A stretch of DNA of 64,000 nucleotides. Origin: Amoebidium appalachense. Lineage: Eukaryota; Protista; Ichthyosporea. Location of the stretch: assembly GCA_963693365.1 (NCBI GenBank), contig CAVNZM010000008.1:6582830-6646829 (forward strand). Direction: 5' to 3'. The notes under the pieces were generated by a model. The model made no database searches. It was given only the letters and a program-made list of their open reading frames with translations, and had not been told where the DNA came from. The position numbers were made by a program, and so were the translations under genes. Below are positions 15,076-27,879 of this stretch, piece after piece; the first letter of the stretch is position 1, and each line of letters starts with the position of its first letter.

Positions 15076-15347
15076 ATACACACACACGCGCGCACAGGCC
15101 AGCAACATCACCGTGCTCCCTTCGCCCTACGGTACCCGGTCATGCCTGATTGATGCCATTCTGGATGTCAACGGTAACGATTTCAACCTCGTTGTTTCGT
15201 ATGTGCCCCCCCCCCCCCCCCCCCCCCCCCTCTGCCTGCACACTCAAATTATTTGATTAGGGTTTTTTTGTTTTGTGATGTTTTGTATTTTGTATTTTGT
15301 CCTTTGATGTCTCCTCCATATTTACAACCCTCTAACTCATACGTCCC

Positions 15348-15378
<31 letters not shown>

Positions 15379-15793
15379 ACACACACAGCCTGCCCTCCAG
15401 CCTTCAACTTAACTTTCCTTGTTGCCCCCCCTCTCTGTCTGCTGCCGTTTCGATAATCATTATGGCACGGAAATTTCCCAACAACATTCTCCCCATCAAG
15501 GATTCTCTTCACGTATTTTATTTCATTTATCACATAAAATCTTAAAATTTTAGGCAGATAAACACAAATTTGAATGTGTCATTCTGTAAGCAACAATAGC
15601 AGTCATATTCCCATAATGCCCTCCAGCCCAAACTCTGATCTGATTGGCTATCCTCAGACATTTCTCGACGGAGGAATTCCCCGAGGATCTGCGGCTGCAG
15701 ACCTCGAAACTGTCGGCACTGGCACAAACGAGGAACACAATGCCCATGTCCGTCCTGTATGTGTCCTTCCCCCCTCCCCCTCCTCCTCCTCCT

Positions 15794-15824
<31 letters not shown>

Positions 15825-15879
15825 CAAACACCTTTTCCCTCTCTCACATTCCCCCCTCCATCCCTCCCCCCCTCCCCCC

Positions 15880-15919
<40 letters not shown>

Positions 15920-16389
15920 CCCTGCGAGAAATTGTAATAGTAAACGTAATGATAATGGTGGTAGTAGAATGAAACCAAGCGAAGACTTGACACACGTGCG
16001 CACATGGTAAACACACACACAAACACGTACCGGAGGGCACAGTAACCTACCGGTTTTTTTTTTGGTTTTTTTTGTTTTTTCCCTTTTCCCCCTTGGGGGC
16101 GGGGAGGGGAGAGGGGGAGGGGGGGGGGGGGAGAGGGGATTACTTGGCTCTTTTATGTAAGGAGCCGCTTCTCCAGAGGGGGGTTGGGGAAAGGGGGGAG
16201 GATTGCGGCTTAATGCGTGACTTCTTTCTCGTCACACCATGCCCATTCATTTTTTAAGATTTAACACTCACGTTCGTTGGTTGCTAGGTGCTACATCACG
16301 AGCGCACCTGACTCAGCCACATGGAAGCGTGCCGACCACCGTGAGAACTACCACACCCTCGTCACTAAGGGCACCCTCCAGGTATGCTT

Positions 16390-16423
<34 letters not shown>

Positions 16424-16453
16424 TCCTCCTCCTCCTCTCCCCCCCCTCCCGCA

Positions 16454-16552
<99 letters not shown>

Positions 16553-17078
16553 ACCACCACTACCACCACCACCACCACCAACACCCCACCCAACGACCCA
16601 CCCACCCACCCATCCCCCATGGCCCGTCTGTGATCGATGCTATCTTGTGTGTATAATGTTTGTGTGGTGCTGGTTGTTTCATGTGTCCGTGCGGACGGCT
16701 GTGTGTGTGTGTGTGTGTGTGCGTGTGCGTGTGTACAGTGTGTGTGTGTGTGCGCGTGTGCGTGTGTGATGCCCGTGGTTTTTGTTGTGTGTCTATGTGC
16801 TTTGTTCCATATGCTGCATCGTAAACATTTTGCACTTCCGTTTTCACCCGTTTCTTGCTTTACTGTGTTTCATCCAAGCCCTCGTGTGCACGGGCATGTG
16901 TTTGTATTGTGGCATGCCATGCTTCAGGTGTGTCCTTTAGTATACATACCACATTTTCACCCACACCCGCACACATGCTTACCCTCTCCCCCTCCCCTCC
17001 CCGCCCCCCCCCCCCCCCCCCCCCCCCCCCCCCACCCCCTCCCCACACACACACACACGTACACACACACCTGTACCC

Positions 17079-17109
<31 letters not shown>

Positions 17110-17831
17110 ACACACACACACGCATACACACACGTACACAGGATCCCGACCCCTCAGACCATGATAGGTGGTGCCAGTACATCTTCTACAAGAACACTAA
17201 GGTCATGAGGTACTACCATGTGGATACGGGATACATGTCCGACACAGAGGCTCAGCTTGCAGGTATTGTCCCTCGTCCCTCTTCCTCCCCCCCCCCCCCC
17301 CCCCCTCAAACTCCCCCCCTCCCGGCTCCCTCCCTCCTCCCCTTGCCTCTCCCCTTGCCTTTCGCCTTGGCCCCCCACCTTCCCCCCCCCCCCCCCCCCC
17401 CCCCCCCCCACCTTCCCCTTCTCCCCTTCTTCCTCCTACTATCATACCTCTTTCAAAAGAAAGAATAGAGAGGAAGAAGGAAGGAAGGAAAACAAAAATG
17501 GGAGGAAGAAATGTCTGTTTAGATTTACCTGTCTCCAGGCTGTCTCCCGGTGTCTTTTGCGGGCAGTGGTCTGGTTTTGCCGTGCTTGGTGTTATTCCTT
17601 GCCGTCGTTCGTGTTCTTTGTTTCCTTTTTTTTCTTTCTTTCACGCAAGGCGCGCACGCACATGGACACAACACACACACACACCCGCTCACTCACTCAC
17701 ATTCATCACACTCATAAGCATGCGCCCTCCGCCCCCCTCCCCCCGGCTTCCCCCTCTTCCCCCCCAACTCAACAAACATGCACACATTCACACGCACACT
17801 CACTCGCCCACTCACACTCACCCCTCCACCC

Positions 17832-17911
<80 letters not shown>

Positions 17912-17924
17912 ACACACTCACACT

Positions 17925-17975
<51 letters not shown>

Positions 17976-18142
17976 TCAGCACTGTGCCGTTATGCCGCGA
18001 ACGCGGGGATGAGCAGACCTGCGAAAAGGCCGAACCAATCACAGCAGAGTTCTACAAATATTTTGTGCCATCACGCAAACTCAAACACTGGTACACGGGG
18101 GCTAAATTTTCACGTGATAGGCCACGAATCAGCGACGACTAA
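3795..18142 (+). CDS. CWH43: CWH43/PGAP2-interacting protein (GPI lipid remodelling; multi-TM N-half plus C-terminal DNase I-like domain), ~713-721 aa. Exons: 3795/3819-3867, 4844-4986, 5858-5947, 6834-6930, 7827-8019, 8518-8679, 9781-9877, 10295-10448, 10987-11048, 11849-11960, 12698-12834, 13389-13481, 14316-14483, 15098-15198, 15658-15756, 16288-16381, 17142-17262, 17973-18142
   Basis: All 17 introns are GT..AG and the phases add up to one open frame. Family motifs include [35 protein letters not shown]...[50 protein letters not shown] and MSDTEAQLA. Confidence 0.92.
4672..4773. mobile_element. MITE-like element, ~100 bp
   Basis: Perfect 11-bp terminal inverted repeat GGTTTCTTTTA/TAAAAGAAACC; internal homology to 40149-40279. 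Confidence 0.5.
8995..9216 (+). mobile_element. Longest copy of a dispersed intronic SINE/retrozyme-like element
   Basis: Shares sequence with 9923-10014, 37630-37740, 49068-49175(-), 52636-52710(-) and 62350-62600(-). Confidence 0.6.
9923..10014 (+). repeat. Copy of the intronic element (3' part)
   Basis: gatgttacatacttgaatgtttgcttttgcaagtgtcc...gcgtacttcgtacc is near-identical to 9140-9216. Confidence 0.75.
11575..11700. repeat. Degenerate 14-17 bp minisatellite
   Basis: tgtt(a)tgtccgt(a/t)atg units. Confidence 0.8.
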
Positions 18143-18374
18143 TATAATAGGCTGGTAGGAACCAAGTGGTGTGTGTTATTAGTGTGTGTTCGATGAATGT
18201 GTGGTTAACTTGTTTATGCTTCACGGAGTATTTTGGCGGATAATCCTTTTTTTTAAAGCGGAGAGAAGGGGTGTGTGTGTTTTCGGTAGTGTTCTTTGGC
18301 AGCTTGTGGCTGTTATAGTTGTGAATTCCATCTTCCCCCCCCCCCCCCCCCCCCCCCCAAACACATACGCACGA

Positions 18375-18451
<77 letters not shown>

Positions 18452-19080
18452 GTTTACTCACAGCCATCATAAGAACTTCGCGCACCACAACCCAAGTCGT
18501 TTCCTTCTCACTCTTTTTAGTCTCCACTTGTGAATGATCAATGCAAGCCGCCCTTTTGGTCTCAAGAAATGGTCCCTATCACTCGCATTTTTTTTTTTTT
18601 TTTGGTTTATTTGTTTTTCTCACATATATGTAGGAACATTCTCCACAGCGAGTCACTGTATGGCCAAAGTGTCTGTTGGGAACTTGCCCATTTTAACGTA
18701 GGTTATGTATACACTGCAATAAATGTGAACTCGAATAAGCACAGCAAGCATGGAAGCAATCACAATGTGCTATTCAAAAATATTATGTTGCAGTGTTTTC
18801 CGTGATTCGGTTTTTCGAGGTTTTTTTTTCTTTTTTTTTTCTTTCTTTTTCTGGAGGGCAGAGGGGGGGGGGGAGGGGGGGGGGGGGGGGGGGGGGGGGG
18901 GATTGTTTTAATCGGGCATCAAGTTAACTGTGCATGTGGGCCTTGGTAGCCATGGGTATTGCTCTGTCTTATGCAGCGAAGCTGTAATTAATGGCAAGTG
19001 GCTGCTATAGTCCTCCCTCCCCCCCTCCCTCCCCCTCCCCCCTCCCCACCCCCTCCCATACACACACACTGACACACACA

Positions 19081-19113
<33 letters not shown>

Positions 19114-19302
19114 AAAAAGCACACATACACATGCACACAAAGCGCACACAGCCGTAAGTGTGAACAAGTTACAGTCACCCACACACTACGTGCCTCCTCT
19201 TTCTTAGTCATGAACAAAATTCATGCAAAATTATAGAATTTGCTGGAAACCCCTGGTAAGGGGTGAAAAAGCGGAGGATAAAAGGTTTGGATTGGGGTAA
19301 AG

Positions 19303-19336
<34 letters not shown>

Positions 19337-20053
19337 GTATGTTTGATCATGAGTGTGTGTGGGGGGAGTAAGTATGTGTGCCATATTACGATATGCTCGG
19401 CTAAGTTGAGGAGTATATGGCTCCAGGGCAACGAATATCTCTGAGATAGCTAAGGTCATGAGAGACTCATACCAGCGGTTTAGAAAGCGGCAGGGAAGAG
19501 CTGGGGGGTCGGATGGGGGTAGGTGGGTGGGTGGGTGGGGAGAGAGCGGGGAAGGGGGGGGGTTGCGGGGGGGGGGGGGGGGGGAGGGGGGAGGCGGATG
19601 GTGGGGGGGAAGGGGGGTGGCCACAAAGGCCCTGGGTGGTATGGCGCACTTACTCTTGAATAGTGTGCAAATGGGTTTGTGTTGAGTGGGATTGCCAAGA
19701 GAAGGCACAGGTGGTGGTGGTTGGGAGTGTGCGAGTATGTGAGTGTGGGGAGAGGGGTGGGGTGGGGGAGGAGGAGGGGTGGTGGGGGGAGGGGGGTTAT
19801 AGCAGGACACTGAGAGTCACATGTTTTCTAACCAGGTTTTATTTCAGTCGTTTTACTGGTCGGGGGCACCTGCCAGCCAACTTAAACAACAAAATTACTT
19901 TGATAATCTTCTTAGTCGAGCAAGGTTAAGGTATAAACCAGACCTTTGGAGAGAGCACACACTAAAAGCTACAAGTGCCCTTCCACTCTTCTTTCCTTAT
20001 TTAGTACGATACCTAATATAATGCTTCTACACCTTTCTAGAACTTTAAAGAAC

Positions 20054-21079
20054 TTAGGCAGCGGCCGTGGCGGGTGCGGGTGCACCGTTCATAGACGCGG
20101 TGATAGGGGCCATGTAGTTCTTAACCGTAGACAGGGCAACCTCCCAGTTCTTTGCCACCTCGGCAGAGAGAGCAGACAAGCGCTCAGAAAGCTCCTGGGG
20201 GGTGGGGACGTCGATGCCGTAGCCCTTTGCGTAGTTGCGGACCGTCTCGCTCGTCTCGCTCACATAGTGCGTGACCTGCGCCTGCAGGGCCTCGGACTGC
20301 TGCGCGACGGTGGTGGTGATAGTGTTGAGTGTCTCCTTCAGCTCATCCTGCGTGCTGGGGATGTGCACGTTAAGGTGTGCCTCGGTGTAGGTGTTAAGGG
20401 TGGCGGTGGTGTCGTGCGCAACCACGGAGGCCTTCTCCGTGAGTGCCACCTTCTGCTGTTGCATCTTCTCGGCGGCGGCGGCGTACTGCGCTGTAGCGTA
20501 AGCGCGGGAGGCCTCGACAGACTGTGCCACATACTCCTGCGCCTTCTTCATCGTCTCGTTGACGCGTGCGGCGCGAGCATCGAGCTCGGCGGAGTGGAGC
20601 TTCTGGGCAATGCCGGTGCTGTACTCCTTCAGAGCCAATACGGCCTCGTTTGTGCGCTGCTTGGCTGCGTCAAAGGCAGCCTGGGCGGCTGTGGCCTTCT
20701 CTTGCATCTGCTGCTGAGTGGCTGAGAGAGCGCTGGCTGCGGGGGTGGTGTAGGTGGACACAGCCTCCTTGCTGTTGGCAACGATGCGCTCGGTGGGCTC
20801 AGCAAGTACTGGGTAGGTCTTGACAAGGGTCTCGAGGCCGGCGGTGGCAGCGTTGTCCAGCGCGCTCAGGTGAGGCGCAACACGCTCATTCTTGGCAACG
20901 TTGGCGCAAACGCCAGCGGCAACAACGGCTTGCTGCTCGACGAAAGAGAGGCCAGAGTTCACATACTGGTTGGAGTCTTTGGCCCAGGTGTACCAGCCAG
21001 AAACTTGGCCGGTGGCCGACTGAACAACGGGGAGCTGAGCGGCGCGGCCGAAAAAGGTGGTCTGCACTTCAGTAGCCAT
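20054..21079 (-). CDS. Perilipin (PAT-domain) lipid-droplet protein, intronless, 341 aa from MATEVQ
   Basis: PAT-domain signature FFGRAAQLPVVQSA..Y..AKD...GLSFVE...LDNAATAGLETLVKTYPVLAEPTERIVANSKEAV, followed by Ala-rich amphipathic helices. Codon usage is strongly C/G-ending and a TATA box lies upstream. Confidence 0.88.
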   Translation of the reverse strand: MATEVQTTFFGRAAQLPVVQSATGQVSGWYTWAKDSNQYVNSGLSFVEQQAVVAAGVCANVAKNERVAPHLSALDNAATAGLETLVKTYPVLAEPTERIVANSKEAVSTYTTPAASALSATQQQMQEKATAAQAAFDAAKQRTNEAVLALKEYSTGIAQKLHSAELDARAARVNETMKKAQEYVAQSVEASRAYATAQYAAAAEKMQQQKVALTEKASVVAHDTTATLNTYTEAHLNVHIPSTQDELKETLNTITTTVAQQSEALQAQVTHYVSETSETVRNYAKGYGIDVPTPQELSERLSALSAEVAKNWEVALSTVKNYMAPITASMNGAPAPATAAA

Positions 21080-21180
21080 TATGGTCTTGGGTTTTGGTTC
21101 CCGAAGATGAAAAAGTGAAGCTGTAGCTTGCTTTGTTCTGTTGGTCAACAGGTTGTGATCCAAGTGTGAACGAACCGCTC

Positions 21181-21188
21181 TTTATATA
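21181..21188 (-). promoter_or_regulatory. TATA box of the perilipin gene
   Basis: TATATAAA on the - strand about 100 nt upstream of the ATG. Confidence 0.6.
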
Positions 21189-21604
21189 CTCTTTCTGAGA
21201 AGAGGCTCGCGGTTTATCACGCATGTGATTTAAACCAGTTTAAATTTAACTTGTAGTTCTTTTAAAAACTTGGATCATTTAAGCTCCAATGAATCGTGTT
21301 AACTAATTTGTGCTGTTGGTTGACGAGTTACCGGGGTTAGCGTTATTCCGTTATCACATGCAAAGGTCACATGGATATCGCGGCAAAGCGGACACAGTTG
21401 ATGCTGTGGGGCTTTTACTTCAGGGATTCCTGAAGTTCCGCAATTAATGTTTTGTTTTTTTTGCTTTAATTTTCATTTTAGCATGCATAGCTATCCCATC
21501 TGTACTTATATATGATTCCCAATGTTATTTAAGTGACCATGTGACATATAGCAGCAAAAACGAGTTGACATGTGAAAACTCTGGAATTTACTGTGAGCAC
21601 TTTG

Positions 21605-21780
21605 ATTGGTACCGGTGTGCTGCATCTGATTGGTTATTGCCGTAGCCCAATCATAAGCCCGTTCTTTCTTTAGGTATCCGCGAATCATATTGCGGTGTCG
21701 TCAATTGGTGCTCCCGCTCAGCCAATCGCCGCTTTCGATGTCTCACGTTTTGTACAGTTTACCAATCCCCCGCACACGTG
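21605..21780. promoter_or_regulatory. Cluster of CCAAT boxes plus an E-box upstream of perilipin
   Basis: ATTGG/CCAAT at 21605, 21629, 21647, 21704, 21722 and 21762; CACGTG at 21775. Confidence 0.4.
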
Positions 21781-22677
21781 TGACTAGTGTTTTCAAACTT
21801 TCGCCCGCCATCATTTTGAATGCTAATTGTTTCTTTTCGGTCCTTTTTGAAAACATATGGCCTTTATTTACAATATATATTTTTTAACACGCCTATATAT
21901 TCGATTTCTACCTGAAGCAACCACTTCTTAAGCTACTAGAGACTGTAAGCCACTGCCGTTTTACATTTTTGTTACTTATGAATCCAGTCAAAAGATCTAG
22001 AAAACATATGGCAACCCGGCCCGCACTTGGGAGTGCAGTCCAAGGAGTTTAGGGAGATGTTTACATCAGCAGAACTTTGTGAGTCAGCGGAAAGTTTTGC
22101 TGACCGTTGTCAACATAAGGGGTCTTCACATGTGATTTGTGTGCATTTGTATGTGGTGAGGTGGGAAGAAGGCTCATCGTTTCTAGAGCTGAGTGGAGCA
22201 TTGAGAAGCCTCATGGACGTCAAGTTTTTCACCCTTATTATACAAACCATAGGTGTGTACACGTGTGTGTGCCCCTTGGGGCATATGATTCATTCAATCT
22301 CAATTGGCAGAGTGATCTGGCTGAGCTCTCAATTTGCATGGTGACGCCATGGAACGGCGTAATACATACGCCATACATAACACTCTTACACATGCATGCA
22401 TGGGTGGGGTGGCCATGGGTGTTGGGGGGGGGGGGGGGGGGGGGGGGGAAGGGGGGAGGGGGGAGGGGGGAGAGAGGGGGGGGGGGGGGGGGGGGAGGCG
22501 TACAGGTCCACAAACACACACAACAAGAAACTCGAACACACGTAAGCATTCTAATATTAACACACGCACACACACGCACACGCACGCACACGCACGCACA
22601 CATACGCGCGCACACACGCACACACACACATGTACACACACGCGCACGCACGCACATACGCACACGCACACGCACGC

Positions 22678-22733
<56 letters not shown>

Positions 22734-22895
22734 TTTACGGACGCATACACACACACATGAACGCACGCACATGCACACGCACGCACACGCACACGCACAC
22801 ACACACACATACTCACCCTGACACACGCACACACACGCACGGACGCACACACACATACGCAGACACATACACGCACGCACAAACACGCACTCAGG

Positions 22896-22955
<60 letters not shown>

Positions 22956-23592
22956 CGCACAGGTGGCGCACACACACACGTACACATGCACACAAGCACA
23001 CGCACACACGCACACGCACGCGTACACACGTACACACATGTACACACACACCATTATGACGATGCACATGCTCACACACACACAATTATACACATGTGCA
23101 TGCACGCACACAACAGAAATACAGAGCTTGGCAACTTTCGAACCCAAGACAGATTTATGACTAGGCAATCATCTTGCTATCGCCCCATAGTAGTATTTCC
23201 ATCATGACCCTACTGGGTCATGGCCATGGAGAATATCATGCAAGTAACGACGTATATCATCTGTATATCAATTTTTTTTTGTGGCTGCCATGCAAAAAAG
23301 AATGATGACCTAAATACCCCTAATGCCTAAATACCTTTTATAACCTAATGCCAGATATAATTCAATGATTACCTAAATACCTAATATTAGCAAGCCCCGC
23401 CTACCACCTAAAATGTTTCTCAGTTTCTTTGCAACTGTCACTGGGAATTACCATACATGCTAAGATGTGACTCGGTGTGCCGTCATAATAAACATGCAAT
23501 TTCACTAGTAAAACTAATCGATTGATCCAGACAAAAAACCAGCTCCGTGAGATTACTCCTTCGGCTGCTGGCTGAGGTTCTGAAATACCCGC

Positions 23593-23624
<32 letters not shown>

Positions 23625-23856
23625 TTCCCCCCCCTCTCACCCAAAACGTCACATCCACACACACACACACACATGCACGTGCGCGCCTGCCCCCCCCCCC
23701 CCCCCCCCCCCCCTCCCCCCCCTCTATCTCTCTCTCAACAGCTACCCCCACCCGCCCACCCACTGCCCTTTAACCACACCAGCTCATATTGGGCTATCGT
23801 CAAAAGCAACCAATCACATAAACGTAGCCCTCCCCCCTCCCCCCCTCCCCTCCCCC

Positions 23857-23908
<52 letters not shown>

Positions 23909-24198
23909 TCCCCCCCCCCCTCCCCCCGCCTCCGCCCCGCCTGGGGCCGGAACACCTCAAATAAGTATGCTATCTATCCTTCCAAGAGTAATACATAATA
24001 TGTCTCAAATGATTCTACTTCCCCGATGGCGAGTCTGGGGTAAAACCCTCAACTAAGTGTGTAGTGTACAAGTGGTTAGAATTTTTCATGGTGTTAGCTT
24101 AGCTGAATGCGCCATTAGCCCCTAGCTAGGTTACAGTCGTCTGTGCTTAGTGGACGACGGTAGTTCATGAGGGACCCCAAAGCCTCCCTCGCCCCTCC

Positions 24199-24249
<51 letters not shown>

Positions 24250-24737
24250 CGGGAACAGAACGGTATTATTATGAACGAATCTCATTATGTTGCTAGATAA
24301 GCAGGAGTACAAAGAATCAAGCGCACCGTGCAGGGCAAGAGGTTTATCTTTGGGGTCCACCAGTGCAATCATCGAGAAAAAAAAAAGCCCGACATGTCTT
24401 ACCTGATTTGGAAGGTTTCTGAGAGTGCGCTCTTGAAACTTGCTACCCGTCCCAGCATGTACCGCATATGATGTGTTACTTCACTCCCCCCAACCCCCCC
24501 AACCCCCCCCCCCTTCTCCCCCCCCCCCCCCTTCTCCCCCCCACCCCTCCCTTCCAAACACACACACGCGCGCGCGCGCGCACACGCGCGCACACACACA
24601 CACATACACACACACACACACACACTGCACACACTACCACAACGGTTTAACTCACCAGTAAATTTATAAAACCGGTTATGATCTTGAACTCCTGGTTTTC
24701 TTTGTTTTTTATTAGATTTCATTTTCATTTTCATGGT

Positions 24738-24773
<36 letters not shown>

Positions 24774-24777
24774 CTTT

Positions 24778-24808
<31 letters not shown>

Positions 24809-25059
24809 TTACCATAGTGTGCAGCGTACGTGGCCCGTCCACCCACCCCTCCTCCATATTACCATATTTGGCAATGCATCTTTTGATATGGTATGGACTA
24901 TCGTACTGCCTCCAACCTCAAATGACGCCACGGCTATCCGTCCGCAAAGCTTAAGAGAGGCCAGTGAGCTCACTACATCCCCCCTGCGCCCCCTTCCCCC
25001 ACCCCCCACCACCACCCTCTCTTCCCTCTCCCCACCCCTACCCCCCCCCCCCCCCTCTC

Positions 25060-25106
<47 letters not shown>

Positions 25107-26017
25107 GCCTCCGTTCTACCCGCCCCCCTCCCACCCACCAGCACCCCCATCCCCACCCCAACCCCCTCCCTCCCACCCGCCTCCTCCCCGCCTTTCCCCT
25201 CAACCCCTGGGCCGTCCCCCCCTCCCGCCCATCCCCCGGCCTCACTGCTGCCGCCACACATGTGCACCTTGTTGTGTGCATGCTTACTTGGCAATTTGGT
25301 GCTGATCAATTGCCCCCCCCCCCCCTCAATGACACACACGGATGTTTCATGTCCTCAGCCTGTGCCCGTGCACGTGCATGATGTCGCAGTCGCTTGCTTT
25401 CAACTGCATTTCTGTACTACGGTTGTCTGTGCATGTGTGCATGGCGCTGTGCTTTGACGTTGTTGCGTTGGTGTGCTTTGAAGTCGCTGACGTCTGCATG
25501 GGCCCGCATTATCTCTAGACTTTTGCACTTGTGTTCGTGTGCGAAAGAAATCACGAACACAAACACAAAAACATCCCCCTCTCCCTTCCCACCCCCCCCC
25601 CCCACCCATCTTGCATGCATAGGCGTTGCTCCTTCACAATCTTCAGCGTTGCTCCTTCACAATCTTCAGACAACTTCCCAACTTAAACAGCCCGCCAGGG
25701 GCTTCTGTTATAGTCTAAAATACTGCCGTCTCATGTGAATATCATACATAGTCCGAGCACACACCTCCACTCAAGATTAAACCTAAATTTTCCAAGCCAC
25801 TAACACACGTGCATGTCCGCACGATCATAAACTAGTACTGGATTACTGCGGCACTTTGTATCCTATACACACTATGATGTCGTACTAATCTATTATTATA
25901 ATGCCCCTTTCTAAGCTACACACACGCTATTATACCTCTTCCCACCACCCGGCATGGCAATGCATCGTCAAAAAATGAAATACTATGATAGTCACCCGAT
26001 CACTGCCCCCTTACGCC

Positions 26018-27848
26018 TCATTTGGAAACAAACATGTTGCCCATCTTCTGGGCCAAAAGTCCCGCGCTGGCAGTTGCAGCCGACGCAAACAGCTCCCCAA
26101 CCGGGTCGGCATGTCCGGCATCATTACCATTTACGGCAACCTTCTGCTCCGCCTGGTTGGCTGGTTCACCAGCTGCCTGCTGGTGATTAGTTGTTGCCTG
26201 CTGCTGCTGGAATGCGGACGGCTGCTGCTGCTGGAATGCGGGCGCCTGCGAGCCGATTGGCTGAACCGGAGACGGAGCTGAAACGGGTGCCGTGATTGGC
26301 TGAGCCGGGGCTGGGGCGGGCGTCGTCTCAGCCAGGGCTGGGGCGGGCGTCGTGATTGTCTGAGTCGGGGCTGAGACGGGCGTCGTGATTGTCTGAGTCG
26401 GGGCTGAGACGGGCGTCGTGATTGGCTGAGCCGGCGCTGAGACGGGCGTCGTGATTGGCTGAGCCGGAGCCGGAGCTGAAACGGGCACAATGATTGGCTG
26501 AGCCGGGGCGGCCTCCTTCTGGGGCCCACCAATGGTAACGGTCATGCCGGTGGGGCCCTGCACGTTTCTATTGGCAAACTTGATGGTCTGGGTGGGGTAG
26601 AGCATCGGGGATTGGAGGGAAATCACGACGTCGAACGGGGTGCTTGGGGCGCTGGGCAGATTGAACTCGATGACTTTGGGGGCGGCCTCTGTATGTGGAT
26701 TCTGCAATGAGTTTTGCGCTACAAATAGCCTTTTTTTGGCCCAGCTAAAAAAGGCTATTTGTAGCGCAAACTACCAATCATAATACAGCAAATGTTCACA
26801 CAATAGCTACAATTACTACCGCATCTACCTTTCTACGAAGCTGGCATACTAACATAGTCTGTGCTCTCCCCACCGTAGCTACCATCTAAGCAACGGGGGG
26901 AAGGGGGAAGGGGGGATGTGAGGGAGGGGGGGGGGGAGGGAGGGGGAAGAGAGAGAGAGAGAGATGCTCCCTCCACCGTAGCTACCATCTAAGCAACGGG
27001 GGGAAGGGGGGGGGGGGGGGGGGGGGGGGGAGGACGGGGAAGAGAGAGAGAGATGCTCCCTCCACCGTAGCTACCATCTAAGCAACGGGGGGAAGGGGGG
27101 GGGGGGGGGAATGAGAGGGGGGGAATGAGAGGGGGGGGGAGGGGGAGGAAGAGAGAGAGAGAGAGAGAGAGGGAGGGAGGGAGGGAGGGAGGGAGGAAGA
27201 GAGGAAGAGAGAGAGAGAGAGTACTAACCATGAATGAGGGAGCCCAGATTGGTGCTCGAGACGATTGGGGGCTGCCCATCCACTGCAACTGCCAAAAATA
27301 GGTCGTAGTAGAAGGGGGCATTGCCCATGTTCTGGATGCTCACTGCAAGGGACGTGCCTTTAAGCTCCACCTGTTAAAGAAAGCCGTCTTAGTATGAGTT
27401 TAGGTTATGAGTGCAACGCCTACTGTTAAATAACCAAAAATGGGGCCATTTGGCCGTGATTTTGAACAAACCTGCGAACCGTTATGTGGGATAATTTTGC
27501 AAAAGTTATCGTCTATGAGCAAGCAGCAACATCAAGGAATTTAACATTTAGGAAATGCTTTAATGCAACCCCGGAAATGCTTTAATGCAACCCCTACAAA
27601 GCTAATAGTGGATTGGATGAATTGGCATTCTGGCTCTTTGATTGGCAATACATTTATCGATTTCCTTTGTCGCAATACATTTATCGATTTCCTTAACGAC
27701 CCTTCAAAGATTTAATTTATTAGATCCGGATGTTAGTATTCAGGAGGATGAAAACAGGAAACTAGGCATAGGTTGGGTACCTTTGGAATGTGGAAGTTGT
27801 AGCCCATGGCACGGTGCACCTTGAGCGCACGCTGGTAGTCGGCAGGCC

Positions 27849-27879
<31 letters not shown>

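Noticed and set aside
19385-19445. LRR-like peptide KLRSIWLQGN
   Set aside because: A single occurrence followed by a stop, with no supporting exons.
19946-20725. 259-aa + strand ORF
   Set aside because: Antisense shadow of the codon-biased perilipin CDS.
21080-21163. N-terminal extension of perilipin in the ORF track
   Set aside because: It starts at a non-ATG codon too close to the TATA box; the first ATG is at 21079.
25330-25365. CTGAGGA-cat-GAAAC-ATC hammerhead-like string on the - strand
   Set aside because: No stem II and no convincing stem I, so probably chance.
26868-27095. CRISPR-like direct repeats with spacers
   Set aside because: The spacers are G/GA low-complexity tracts, there are only three units, the site is a eukaryotic intron and no cas genes are present.
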